Assembly: GCA_963662655.2 (NCBI GenBank)
Contig: CAXXTU010000002.1
Span: forward strand, 544,001-608,000
Length of the DNA stretch: 64,000 nt
Source: Candidatus Cloacimonadales bacterium
GTDB lineage: Bacteria; Cloacimonadota; Cloacimonadia; Cloacimonadales; JAIOQZ01
Reading direction: 5' to 3'
The position numbers and the translations under genes were made by a program. Of the stretch, positions 18,212 through 26,848 are shown one piece after another. Every line of letters starts with the position of its first letter. Within the stretch, counting starts at the first letter, position 1. The notes under the pieces were generated by a model. That model was not told the origin of the DNA. It saw only the letters and a program-made list of their open reading frames with translations, and made no database searches.

Positions 18212-20443
18212 TCAATTTCTTTGTGTTGATCTGATTTTGCTTTTTCTCAGAAGATTCGCATTTCCGACAACGGTAATGGAACTTCCGGCCATTGCGATCT
18301 CCGCGATAACCGGATGCAGAAGTCCACTGATGGCGAGTGGGATTGCCAGAAGATTGTAGAAGAAGGCCCAGAACAGGTTTTGCTTGATCTTGGCGAATGT
18401 CTTCAGCGATAGATTTATTGCGGCCTCGACGGACATCATATCGTTTCTTACCAGTGTGATATCCGCGCTCTCGATGGCGATGTCCGCTCCCGATCCAACC
18501 GCGATTCCCACGTCCGCTTGTTTGAGCGCCGGGGCGTCGTTGATGCCGTCCCCAACCATCGCGACCTTGCCGTGTTTGCTCTGAAGGTTCTTGATCACAT
18601 TCACTTTGTCGCCGGGCTTCACTTCCGCGACGACCTGATCGATGCCGGCAGCGTCCGCGATGGCCTTGCCGCTGCGCTCGTTGTCGCCGGTGAGAAGCAG
18701 CGTTCTGAATCCGCGTGCTTTCAAGGCAGAAATAGCGGAGCGGGAATCCGGCTTGATCTGGTCCGAGACCGAGAAGTAGCCGAGTAAGTTTTGCATGTCG
18801 GAAATGAAGATGATGGTGTTCGCCTGGTTTTGAAGGAGATCGATGTCTCTTCTGATATCATGCAGGTGGATGCCGTTATCCAGCATGAAGGATTCGCTTC
18901 CGGCATAGAAGGTCTCGTGGCCGATAACCGCACTGATGCCCTTTCCGGGAATGTTGCGGAAGGATGAGATTTCCGGAGCTTTCAGATTTGTGTGTGACTC
19001 CGCGTACTGCGTGATTGCACCGGCAAGCGGGTGCTCGGAGGCGGACTCCAGGGCCCTGGATATGGCGAGAAATTGTCTTTCGTCCATTTCCAGCGTTCGC
19101 ATGGCGTTTACCAGCGGTTTTCCCTGCGTGACGGTTCCAGTTTTGTCGAACACGATAACGGAAACGTCTTTCAGCGTTTGAATGGCCTCGGCGTTACGAA
19201 TCAGGATACCGTTCTTTGCACCCAATCCGCTTCCGACCATCAGCGCGGTTGGCGTGGCAAGGCCCAGTGCGCAGGGACACGCGATCACGAAGACGGCTAC
19301 CATTGCGTAGATGGCCTGCGTTACCGTGTTCATGGATGGATCGACCCAGGGAAGATAGGTTGCAGCCCAGGCAAAGAGTCGGCTGTAGAAAGCGGGGAAC
19401 ACAATATGCGTTCCAAATGTCAGGATTGCAAGGAGAATAACCACGGGAACGAAGAATCCGGTTAATCGGTCCGCAAGCAACTGGATGGGAACCTTGCTGC
19501 TCTGCGCCTCATCGACCATGCGGATGATCTGCGAAAGAAAGGTGTCTTTTCCCACGCGCGTGGCTTGTACACGGATAAATCCGTTTCCGTTGATGGTCGC
19601 GCCGATAACCGGATCTCCTGCTTCGCGCGTGACGGGTATCGATTCGCCGGTTACCATCGATTCGTCGATGGAGGTGATTCCCTCGATAATCTTTCCATCC
19701 GTGGGTATTTTCATGCCGGGCTTGACGATCATGATGTCGCCTTCCATGACGTCCGAGAGCGGGACTTCGTTCACGGAACCGTCTCGCTCGATCAGGGCGG
19801 TCTTGGCTCCGAGCTCGAGGAGTTTGCGGATTTCTTCCGAAGCCTTTCCGCGAGCTTTCTTCTCGATGTAGCGGCCGGTCAGGTGGAATGCCATGATCAT
19901 GGCCGAGATACCGGTAAAGTTTCCGATGGGCAACCAGAATTGGATTACGCCCGTAAGGAAAGCAGAGCCGGTTCCAAGAACAATCAGTACATCCATGTTG
20001 GCGGATCCGTGGAGAACCGAGCGATAGGCGGATGCGAATGTTTGTCTCCCGCTCACGACGAGAACCGGAAGAACCAGGAGCAGCATCCCGATGCGCATCA
20101 TGAGTTCGTTCGGGTAATGGACTCCAGTTGTCATGGACGCGAACATCCATAGCATGGAAGGGAGCGTGAAAGCCCATGCGAAGAACATCTTATTCCGGGC
20201 TGCTTCCCACTGGCGGGAGGCGTCCTGTTCGTCATCGATCACTTTGAATCCGACGTCTACGACCGCCTTGTGAAGCGCTTTCACGTTCGCGAGCGAGTCG
20301 TCGTACTGGACGACAGCCATGTCCGTGGCCAGGTTGACTCCGGCCACACTCACGCCCTCGACTCGCCTGAGCGCGAGTTCCACGGCCCGAGAGCAGGATG
20401 CGCAGGTCATTCCCCCGACTTTTATCTGTGTAGTCTTTATCAT
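18212..20443 (-). CDS. copA: Copper-translocating P1B-type ATPase
   Basis: GMTCASC, TGES, ACPCALGLATP, DKTGT, HP, GDGINDAP, YN and MAGSS motifs, typical of the Cu(I) P1B-1 subclass. Confidence 0.95.
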   Translation of the reverse strand: MIKTTQIKVGGMTCASCSRAVELALRRVEGVSVAGVNLATDMAVVQYDDSLANVKALHKAVVDVGFKVIDDEQDASRQWEAARNKMFFAWAFTLPSMLWMFASMTTGVHYPNELMMRIGMLLLVLPVLVVSGRQTFASAYRSVLHGSANMDVLIVLGTGSAFLTGVIQFWLPIGNFTGISAMIMAFHLTGRYIEKKARGKASEEIRKLLELGAKTALIERDGSVNEVPLSDVMEGDIMIVKPGMKIPTDGKIIEGITSIDESMVTGESIPVTREAGDPVIGATINGNGFIRVQATRVGKDTFLSQIIRMVDEAQSSKVPIQLLADRLTGFFVPVVILLAILTFGTHIVFPAFYSRLFAWAATYLPWVDPSMNTVTQAIYAMVAVFVIACPCALGLATPTALMVGSGLGAKNGILIRNAEAIQTLKDVSVIVFDKTGTVTQGKPLVNAMRTLEMDERQFLAISRALESASEHPLAGAITQYAESHTNLKAPEISSFRNIPGKGISAVIGHETFYAGSESFMLDNGIHLHDIRRDIDLLQNQANTIIFISDMQNLLGYFSVSDQIKPDSRSAISALKARGFRTLLLTGDNERSGKAIADAAGIDQVVAEVKPGDKVNVIKNLQSKHGKVAMVGDGINDAPALKQADVGIAVGSGADIAIESADITLVRNDMMSVEAAINLSLKTFAKIKQNLFWAFFYNLLAIPLAISGLLHPVIAEIAMAGSSITVVGNANLLRKSKIRSTQRN

Positions 20444-20454
20444 TACAACTTCCG

Positions 20455-20766
20455 TTATTTCATGGTTTTCATCAGTTTCTGGAGCGTCAACATGAGCTCG
20501 TCGACAACCTCCAGCTTCCCTTCCTGAATCTGCTCGATCACGCAGCTCCTCATGTGCGCTTCCAGCAGCTTGGTTGCAACGGCGGTGAGTCCCGACTGGA
20601 TCGCGGAAATTTGCACCAGAATGTCGTCGCAGTAAACGTCCTCATCGACCATGCGGTTGATTCCGCGGATCTGACCCTCGATCCGGTTCAAACGATTCCT
20701 CAATCCCTTTTTGAATTCCTCCGGATGGTGCGCCATTCGACTGTGTACAGGGCAAGTCTTGCTCAT
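20455..20766 (-). CDS. csoR: CsoR/RcnR family metal-sensing repressor
   Basis: 'RLNRIEGQIRGINRMVDEDVYCDDILVQISA...HMRSC'. ATG at 20766 follows a GAAGGAG RBS; the ORF-track start at 21018 is too long. Confidence 0.9.
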   Translation of the reverse strand: MSKTCPVHSRMAHHPEEFKKGLRNRLNRIEGQIRGINRMVDEDVYCDDILVQISAIQSGLTAVATKLLEAHMRSCVIEQIQEGKLEVVDELMLTLQKLMKTMK

Positions 20767-20785
20767 ACAACTACTCCTTCTTAAA

Positions 20786-20802
20786 ATACCCCTGGGGGGT
20801 AT
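20786..20802. promoter_or_regulatory. CsoR operator (ATACCCCTGGGGGGTAT)
   Basis: ATACC-C/G tract-GGTAT pseudo-palindrome 20 bp upstream of the csoR start, matching the known CsoR operator architecture. Confidence 0.8.
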
Positions 20803-20861
20803 ATGGATAAGGTAGTATGTTTCTTGCGATGGGCAAATGGTTTTCTCGCTTTTTTCCGCGT

Positions 20862-21041
20862 TGGACTGGCGGCGGGTGCCAGCGCACCCGCGCGGGGCGG
20901 CGTAGGAAGACCGTTCGGACTTCCTGATACGGAAAAGGTCTGCTACCAGGCGGTAGCAGACCTTTTCCGTATCGTTTGCACAGCAAACACGCCGCCCCGC
21001 GCTGAGTCGGGCAGACATCTCAAGGATGTCCGACTCGTCCA
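20862..21041. repeat. Multi-hairpin structured element (REP/BIME-like cluster or ncRNA)
   Basis: Perfect 22-bp inverted repeat at 20926-20973, enclosed by a 14-bp IR (20890-20903/20989-21002), plus four smaller hairpins. Confidence 0.6.
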
Positions 21042-21084
21042 GAAGGTGGGGAAGGTGAATGTCAAAGCTGAAAGAGATTAGCTA

Positions 21085-21852
21085 TTAATCCTCGCTGGCT
21101 CCCAGAGCGAATCCGCATGCCTTGAGTTGCTCGAGGATTTCGTTGATATCGCCGTGCCATAGACCGTACTTTCGAGAGATGTGCTCGGTCCAGCTGTAGT
21201 TTTCGAACGTGAACGTCTCTTCCATTCCTTCTTCCAGCTTGACCATGTAATTGGCCTTGCGATAGTAGTCTTGAGCGAGATAACCATCGTCCATGACCTG
21301 CATTGCCTTATCGATCATTTCGTCGGTCAGCTCCGAGTATTTATCCTCGAAAACGGTGAACTCGATAGGGAAACGTGGACGAGTCGGAGGATTCTCCGCC
21401 GGATATCCAACGGTTAGCCCCACGAGCGGGAAGACGCGATCGGGAAGTTTGTAAGCCTCTTTGATTCTTTCGGCGATGGAGGGAATCCAGCCGTGATAGC
21501 AGCTTCCCATGCCGAAGCTTTCCGCTGCGATTACCATGTTCTCCGCCGCGTAGGCAGCGTCCTGGATGCCTAAAAGCATGAAGGAAATATCGTTGGAGCG
21601 CATTTTCCACCCGCGTTTCTCCATGATTTTCTCCATCTTGTACGAATCCACGCAGAAAATGAAGAACAAAGGAGCGCTGAAGGGATTTTTCTTGCGGTCG
21701 CGCTTCATGAGAATGCTGTAGGTCTGCCCCGCGAATGGCGCGCTGACGGAAGCCTTCAGGAGAGAATCGAGGATGTCTTGCTCGATCGCCTGATCTGTAT
21801 ATTTGCGTATGGATTTGCGATGGATCATAATATCGATTATCTTCGTATCCAT
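21085..21852 (-). CDS. Nitroreductase family (NfsA/FRP-like) flavin oxidoreductase
   Basis: Motifs 'HRKSIRKY', 'DAAYAAENMVIAAESFGMGSCY' and 'GLTVGYPA..P..RPRFP'. Confidence 0.9.
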   Translation of the reverse strand: MDTKIIDIMIHRKSIRKYTDQAIEQDILDSLLKASVSAPFAGQTYSILMKRDRKKNPFSAPLFFIFCVDSYKMEKIMEKRGWKMRSNDISFMLLGIQDAAYAAENMVIAAESFGMGSCYHGWIPSIAERIKEAYKLPDRVFPLVGLTVGYPAENPPTRPRFPIEFTVFEDKYSELTDEMIDKAMQVMDDGYLAQDYYRKANYMVKLEEGMEETFTFENYSWTEHISRKYGLWHGDINEILEQLKACGFALGASED

Positions 21853-21854
21853 GC

Positions 21855-24659
21855 TTACACTTCCTTATTGCCTGGCTTTGAGTTGATCAGTACTGAGAAA
21901 ACTGCGCTTGTGATCGTCTCCATTGTGAACGGTTTCTGGATGAAATAATCGGCTCCGGCGTTCATGATATCACTCACGCGCTTGTCCTGCCTGAAACCGG
22001 ATGTAAGGATTACCCGCATATCGGGATACAACTCCTTGATTCGGTTGAATGCCTCTTTCCCCGACATGACCGGCATGGAAAGGTCGAGGAGCACAAGATC
22101 GATGTTTTTCACATCTCCAAGTACAAGCAGCGCTTCCAGGCCGTTCTCGGCCGTGAAAACCTCGTACCCGCTTTCCAGAAGAATGTTCTCGGAGATTTGC
22201 CGGATATGCTCCTCGTCGTCAACGACAAGTATCCTTCCTTCCCCTTTAACGAGCGAACCGGTCACGGTTTTTTCCTGGTTGCGCTCATCCTGATTGGAGA
22301 GAACAGGTAAATAGACTTGGAATGTAGAGCCTACACCTTCTTCGGAGTATACATTGATGAATCCGTTATGCATCTTGATGATATTATACACCATCGCAAG
22401 GCCAAGCCCCGTTCCATGCGAAGAATCCTTGGTCGTGAAGAATGGATCGAAGATTCTACGCAGTACCTCGTTGTTCATGCCCACGCCTTCATCGCGAACG
22501 GAAAGCACCCAGTAATAACCCTCTTTCGAGTCGGGGTGATACGCGCTGAAACTCTTTTCCACAAGGTATTTGGAGAGCGATATCTTGAGTTTACCGCCCT
22601 TCTTCTCGTGGTTCTCTCTCATGATGGTCATCGCGTGGGAGGAGTTGACGCACAGGTTGAGAAGTACCTGCTCGATCTGCGTCTGATTTGCATTGATGTA
22701 CGCTTCATCCGTAATATCGCCAACGATGAGGTCGATGCTCTTATCCAGGGTGTTCTTGCAGATTTCCGTTACATTGTGGATCGCGTCTGATAGCTTGACG
22801 GTATCGTATGAAACCTCTTGCCGCCTGGAGAGCGTCAGAAGCTGTTGAACCATCTCGGAAGCTCGGTTTGACGACTGCTCCATCGTGTTGATATACTTGA
22901 CGATCTGACTGTCGTCGATATTCTTCATGTCAAGATAGTATTTAAGTAAGCTGATCGTGGCAGTAATACCGCAGAGGACGTTGTTGAAATCGTGCGCGAG
23001 TCCGCCGGCGAGATTGCCAACCGTTTCCATTTTCTGAGCCTGGAATAGTTGATTGTCCTTCTTGATCATATTGGTGACATCGTCGAGCCGAATGACAGCG
23101 CCACGTGAATTCCCCACCAGCAGTGGAACGACGTACATATCGAAGTAGCGTGTATCCTCGAACTTGATGACAACCTGGTGCATTACGAAATGCTCCATGC
23201 GTTGAATTGCGTCCATGATCCGTTGTCTGTGATTCTCGAACGCCGGATTGATCTCCCAGAAGAATCTTACGTCTTTCTGATTTTGTGAGAAACCGAACAC
23301 CTTCTCCGCTTCGCTATTCCACTCGGTAATTGCAAACTTCTCGTTCAGGGTAATCAGCGATGAAGACAGGGAATTGAAAACATTGCGGAGGTAATTGCGT
23401 GTCTCTTTTAGCTCTCGGGCGTAGCTCCTTCGTTCCTCTTCGTTCTTCACTGCCTGTGCGAGAATCACCATGACATTGATCTCTTCCGGCTTGAACGTTC
23501 GAACATTGTGGTCGCAGAGACAGAAGCAGCCGATGACCTGGTTGTTCAGTGTTACCGGAACGCCTATGTAAGACATGACATTGTATTTCTTCAGGTTCTT
23601 ATCGACTTCCCAGAACTTGTGTTCCTGCATATCTTCGATGATGATGACGCGCCCGTCGTTGTTCCTGATAACCTCGAAGCAAAGACGGTTCTCGGGAGTG
23701 CTGATGAGATTCAAATCCTTGGGCGCATTCCAGAATCCTCGCGTGCAAAGCAGGTTTTTCGATTCCTCGAACCGATTGTACAGAACAAAGCCGCCATGCA
23801 GAAGTTCGCCGGCTGTCTGCGCGATCATGTTCAGGTTCTCGTCAGGGTTTGCGCTCATGTCCAGGAAACACTGGTTCAGGTGGGTGAGAGTTTCCTCGTT
23901 CTTCTTGATCTCGTCGTGGTCGATCTGAAGTTGCCTGTATTGGTGCTGGATGGTGCTAAAACTATTCTTTAGATCCTGCGCCATTTGCTGGAACGATCTC
24001 ATGAGGAAGCCCAGTTCGTCGTTGGGGATTTTATCGAACGACACGTCAAAGCTGCGCTCGGATATCATCGTGGCAGCATCCTTCAAGCTGTTGATCGGTT
24101 TGATGACCGATCGTGATAGCAGCAGGATCACCAGAAAATCAAGCAGCAGAATAATAAGAACGACCGCCAGGATGATAAGAAACCGGATTTTCAGAATCTT
24201 CACGATGGAGGACTTCAGCGAGAACACAATACGAACATATCCGACTCGTTCTTCCGTGCCGTGGAAATCCTTGATGAAGCAGGGGGCGTTCTTGATCAAC
24301 CAGTATTTTCGAGGTGTTTGGATATTCGCCGTATCGATCCCGCTCAGGTTCAGCTTGTAACCGTTGTTGTCGAAAATCTGTACGGAGAGGATGTCGAGTT
24401 GGTCTTTTTCACCATTCTGGAGCTGAATTGTATTCTGTTCGAGGAACATAAAGGTGTAGTTCGAGATATGCGGAGCGCTGATCATTGCGATCGATCGTGT
24501 CAGCTTCTCCGCGCCCTTCTCAACCTCATCCAGAATGCTATTCTCGACGACCTGCAACAGTAGCGTTACGGTTATAAGAAAGAACGATATCAGCAGAATG
24601 CTGATTGTAATTACAAACTTCGTGAAGAGATTATTCTTCAGCTTTTGAACCTTGTTCAT
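21855..24659 (-). CDS. Hybrid sensor histidine kinase/response regulator (TM-HAMP-GAF-PAS-HisKA-HATPase-REC)
   Basis: Two TM helices, HAMP 'DELGFL', GAF 'SYIGVPV', 'LAHDFNN', 'FDPFFTTK..GTGLGL' and REC 'ILVVDDE...DLSMP...KPF'. Confidence 0.92.
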   Translation of the reverse strand: MNKVQKLKNNLFTKFVITISILLISFFLITVTLLLQVVENSILDEVEKGAEKLTRSIAMISAPHISNYTFMFLEQNTIQLQNGEKDQLDILSVQIFDNNGYKLNLSGIDTANIQTPRKYWLIKNAPCFIKDFHGTEERVGYVRIVFSLKSSIVKILKIRFLIILAVVLIILLLDFLVILLLSRSVIKPINSLKDAATMISERSFDVSFDKIPNDELGFLMRSFQQMAQDLKNSFSTIQHQYRQLQIDHDEIKKNEETLTHLNQCFLDMSANPDENLNMIAQTAGELLHGGFVLYNRFEESKNLLCTRGFWNAPKDLNLISTPENRLCFEVIRNNDGRVIIIEDMQEHKFWEVDKNLKKYNVMSYIGVPVTLNNQVIGCFCLCDHNVRTFKPEEINVMVILAQAVKNEEERRSYARELKETRNYLRNVFNSLSSSLITLNEKFAITEWNSEAEKVFGFSQNQKDVRFFWEINPAFENHRQRIMDAIQRMEHFVMHQVVIKFEDTRYFDMYVVPLLVGNSRGAVIRLDDVTNMIKKDNQLFQAQKMETVGNLAGGLAHDFNNVLCGITATISLLKYYLDMKNIDDSQIVKYINTMEQSSNRASEMVQQLLTLSRRQEVSYDTVKLSDAIHNVTEICKNTLDKSIDLIVGDITDEAYINANQTQIEQVLLNLCVNSSHAMTIMRENHEKKGGKLKISLSKYLVEKSFSAYHPDSKEGYYWVLSVRDEGVGMNNEVLRRIFDPFFTTKDSSHGTGLGLAMVYNIIKMHNGFINVYSEEGVGSTFQVYLPVLSNQDERNQEKTVTGSLVKGEGRILVVDDEEHIRQISENILLESGYEVFTAENGLEALLVLGDVKNIDLVLLDLSMPVMSGKEAFNRIKELYPDMRVILTSGFRQDKRVSDIMNAGADYFIQKPFTMETITSAVFSVLINSKPGNKEV

Positions 24660-25710
24660 CAAGATATTCCTTCAAATACTGCTCATGAATGTTGGTTACC
24701 TTGATCTTTCCATCGATAATTTTCTGTCGAACGTTATACACTTCAATGATCAATTTCTCCCCGATGAAATCCCGGGTGTATTTCATGTCCGTTAGCTGGA
24801 TGCCGTCGTTGCCGAGTCCGTACGTGTAAATCGTGTTCCCCTTCAGTTCGCCCTTAATGAATTTACCGACCAGATCGGATATCGAGAGGTCGATCCGCTT
24901 CATCATGCTGGTGAGGACGTATCCCTTAGCCAGGGCGTCCTGATTCGAGTCGACGCCGATCACATATTTTCCGCGATCTTTCGCGGCGGTAATGATGCCG
25001 TTACCGGAGGCGCTTGCGACATTGTAAATCACGTCGATTCCCTGGTCGTACATCTCTGTGGCGAGCTTGTAGCCCTTGTCGGGATCGTTGAACCCATTGA
25101 AATCCGGGGCTTCGCTACAGTATTTTGCCGTGAGGGTCACCTTCGGATCGGCATACTGGATGCCCTCCTTGAAACCTTGCAGGAAAGCCTTGATAACGGG
25201 TATATCTACGCCACCGATGAAGCCGACTTTGCCGGTCCTGCTGAATTTTGAAGCAAGGAATCCAACCAGGAACGACCCCTCGTGCTGCGAATAGATCGCC
25301 GAGGACACGTTGTCAAATCCGCTGAGAGGATTATCCAGCAGAACAAAATGAATCTGAGGGTACATGGGGGCGTAGCGTTTCAAACCTTCCACAGAGAAAA
25401 TCCCGGAGGAGAAGATTAACTCGCAACCTTCGTCTATCAAGTCCTGAATGCATCGTTCCTGCTCGCCGATGGTCTCGGTCGTTGGCACTTTATAGACAAC
25501 ATCGATTGGGTACTCGTGCTTGGCCTGAATCAATCCCCTGTACTGCATATCGTTGAAGGCCATATCGCCAATTCCGGCATACCCGAGGGCAAGACCGATC
25601 TTACGGTATCTCCTTGTCGGTTCTTCATCGGATTTCCCGGCCTTGCCGCATCCGGCTATTAGGATTGAGATCAAGAAAGCGATCGTTATGAATCGATTGA
25701 TATTATGCAT
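24631..25710 (-). CDS. BMP/PnrA family substrate-binding lipoprotein
   Basis: Lipobox 'LIAGC', 'GDMAFND', 'EGSFLVG', 'KVGFIGG', 'VIGVDSNQ' and 'LTSMMKRID'. Confidence 0.9.
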   Translation of the reverse strand: MHNINRFITIAFLISILIAGCGKAGKSDEEPTRRYRKIGLALGYAGIGDMAFNDMQYRGLIQAKHEYPIDVVYKVPTTETIGEQERCIQDLIDEGCELIFSSGIFSVEGLKRYAPMYPQIHFVLLDNPLSGFDNVSSAIYSQHEGSFLVGFLASKFSRTGKVGFIGGVDIPVIKAFLQGFKEGIQYADPKVTLTAKYCSEAPDFNGFNDPDKGYKLATEMYDQGIDVIYNVASASGNGIITAAKDRGKYVIGVDSNQDALAKGYVLTSMMKRIDLSISDLVGKFIKGELKGNTIYTYGLGNDGIQLTDMKYTRDFIGEKLIIEVYNVRQKIIDGKIKVTNIHEQYLKEYLDEQGSKAEE

Positions 25711-26167
25711 TGTTCCCCCACAAGCTTCATACGAAAACCTATCTATATGTGATTTTTCTATTCGGCCCGGCGTACGTCAAGGCAACGCACCGAAATTCAT
25801 CAATACGCATTAATAGGGATCGAACCGGATTTTTGTCAAATTATTCCTTTGTAAGCGACAGTAAAGGCAACCGCTTCTGTGTGATCCTCGCAAGTTTTCA
25901 GTGGCGAAATCATCCAGGGTACAGTATAGGAAAAATTAACAGGAGTTTATGGAGATTTTCCCGCCCCAGAATGAACGGGGCTTAACGAAACATCCCCTTG
26001 ATGCATTATATTTGTGAAATGTTTAATCTGAAATGTTAATATGAATAAATAGTTTAGAAATTGGAATAAATAATTAGCAGGCCGTGCGAGATGTGTTATA
26101 TTTGCTAATGTTGAGAATTGTTGCCGCGCTGAAACTTGTTTTGTCTTTCATTTACTGGAGAACACGT

Positions 26168-26194
26168 CAAACACCATCGTCTTGCAGCTGATAT
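26168..26194 (+). promoter_or_regulatory. Candidate sigma-28 (FliA)-type promoter
   Basis: CAAA-N15-GCTGATAT resembles TAAA-N15-GCCGATAA and lies 57 bp upstream of cheW. The match is imperfect. Confidence 0.3.
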
Positions 26195-26250
26195 TGTACA
26201 ATAATCCAAGGTACTGTGAGTAATTAATTTTTGCCTTTGCAGGAGGTAAT

Positions 26251-26766
26251 ATGAATGGTAATTCGTTACATGGCGATCTTCAACAGGATGGAAAATATCT
26301 GACCTTTTTATTGAATGAGCAACCGTACGGCGTTCATGTCGAGAGCATACTGCAGATCATCGCAATCCCCGAAATAACTCCCATACCGCAGACGGAATCG
26401 TATATCAAAGGCGTTATCAATCGCAGCGGCAGAATCACGCCCGTCATGGACCTCAGGCTTCGGCTGGATCTACCGGGTCGCGATTACGACGACCGTACCA
26501 GCATCATCGTTATCCGTGCCGAGAACATGGACGTTGAGATTTTTATGGGAATGATCGTCGACAATGTGCTTGAGGTGATCGATATCGATATGAGCCAGGT
26601 CGACCAACTATCTTCGATCGGTTCGAAAATTGACAATCGTTACATTCATGGAATGGCCAAGGTGAAAGGCAAGGTAATCATCCTTCTCGATACGAACAGA
26701 ATCCTTTCGCACAAAGAACTCATCCAGATGAAAAACCTTCAGCAGGAATCAGGCACGAGTTCATGA
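26251..26766 (+). CDS. cheW: Chemotaxis coupling protein CheW (copy 1)
   Basis: 'YLTFLL...YGV...[26 protein letters not shown]...GMIVDNV.EV' with a GGAGG RBS. Confidence 0.92.
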   Translation: MNGNSLHGDLQQDGKYLTFLLNEQPYGVHVESILQIIAIPEITPIPQTESYIKGVINRSGRITPVMDLRLRLDLPGRDYDDRTSIIVIRAENMDVEIFMGMIVDNVLEVIDIDMSQVDQLSSIGSKIDNRYIHGMAKVKGKVIILLDTNRILSHKELIQMKNLQQESGTSS

Positions 26767-26848
26767 AGAAATCGTTGGATCGTGTTGCTCGTGAATTGAC
26801 TGGAACACATTTATTGGAAACAAAATAAAGAAATACAGAGGAGAAAAT

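Noticed and set aside
20767..21018. N-terminal extension of CsoR in the ORF track
   Set aside because: It runs through the operator and the hairpin element. A proper RBS and ATG lie at 20766.
20862..21041. tRNA, SRP RNA, RNase P RNA or retron msr-msd
   Set aside because: There is no T-loop or anticodon geometry and no complete conserved SRP or RNase P motif, and no reverse transcriptase is nearby.
25711..26250. c-di-GMP or other riboswitch upstream of the chemotaxis genes
   Set aside because: I could not find the conserved GEMM stems or tetraloop/receptor by eye. The region looks like AT-rich divergent promoter DNA.
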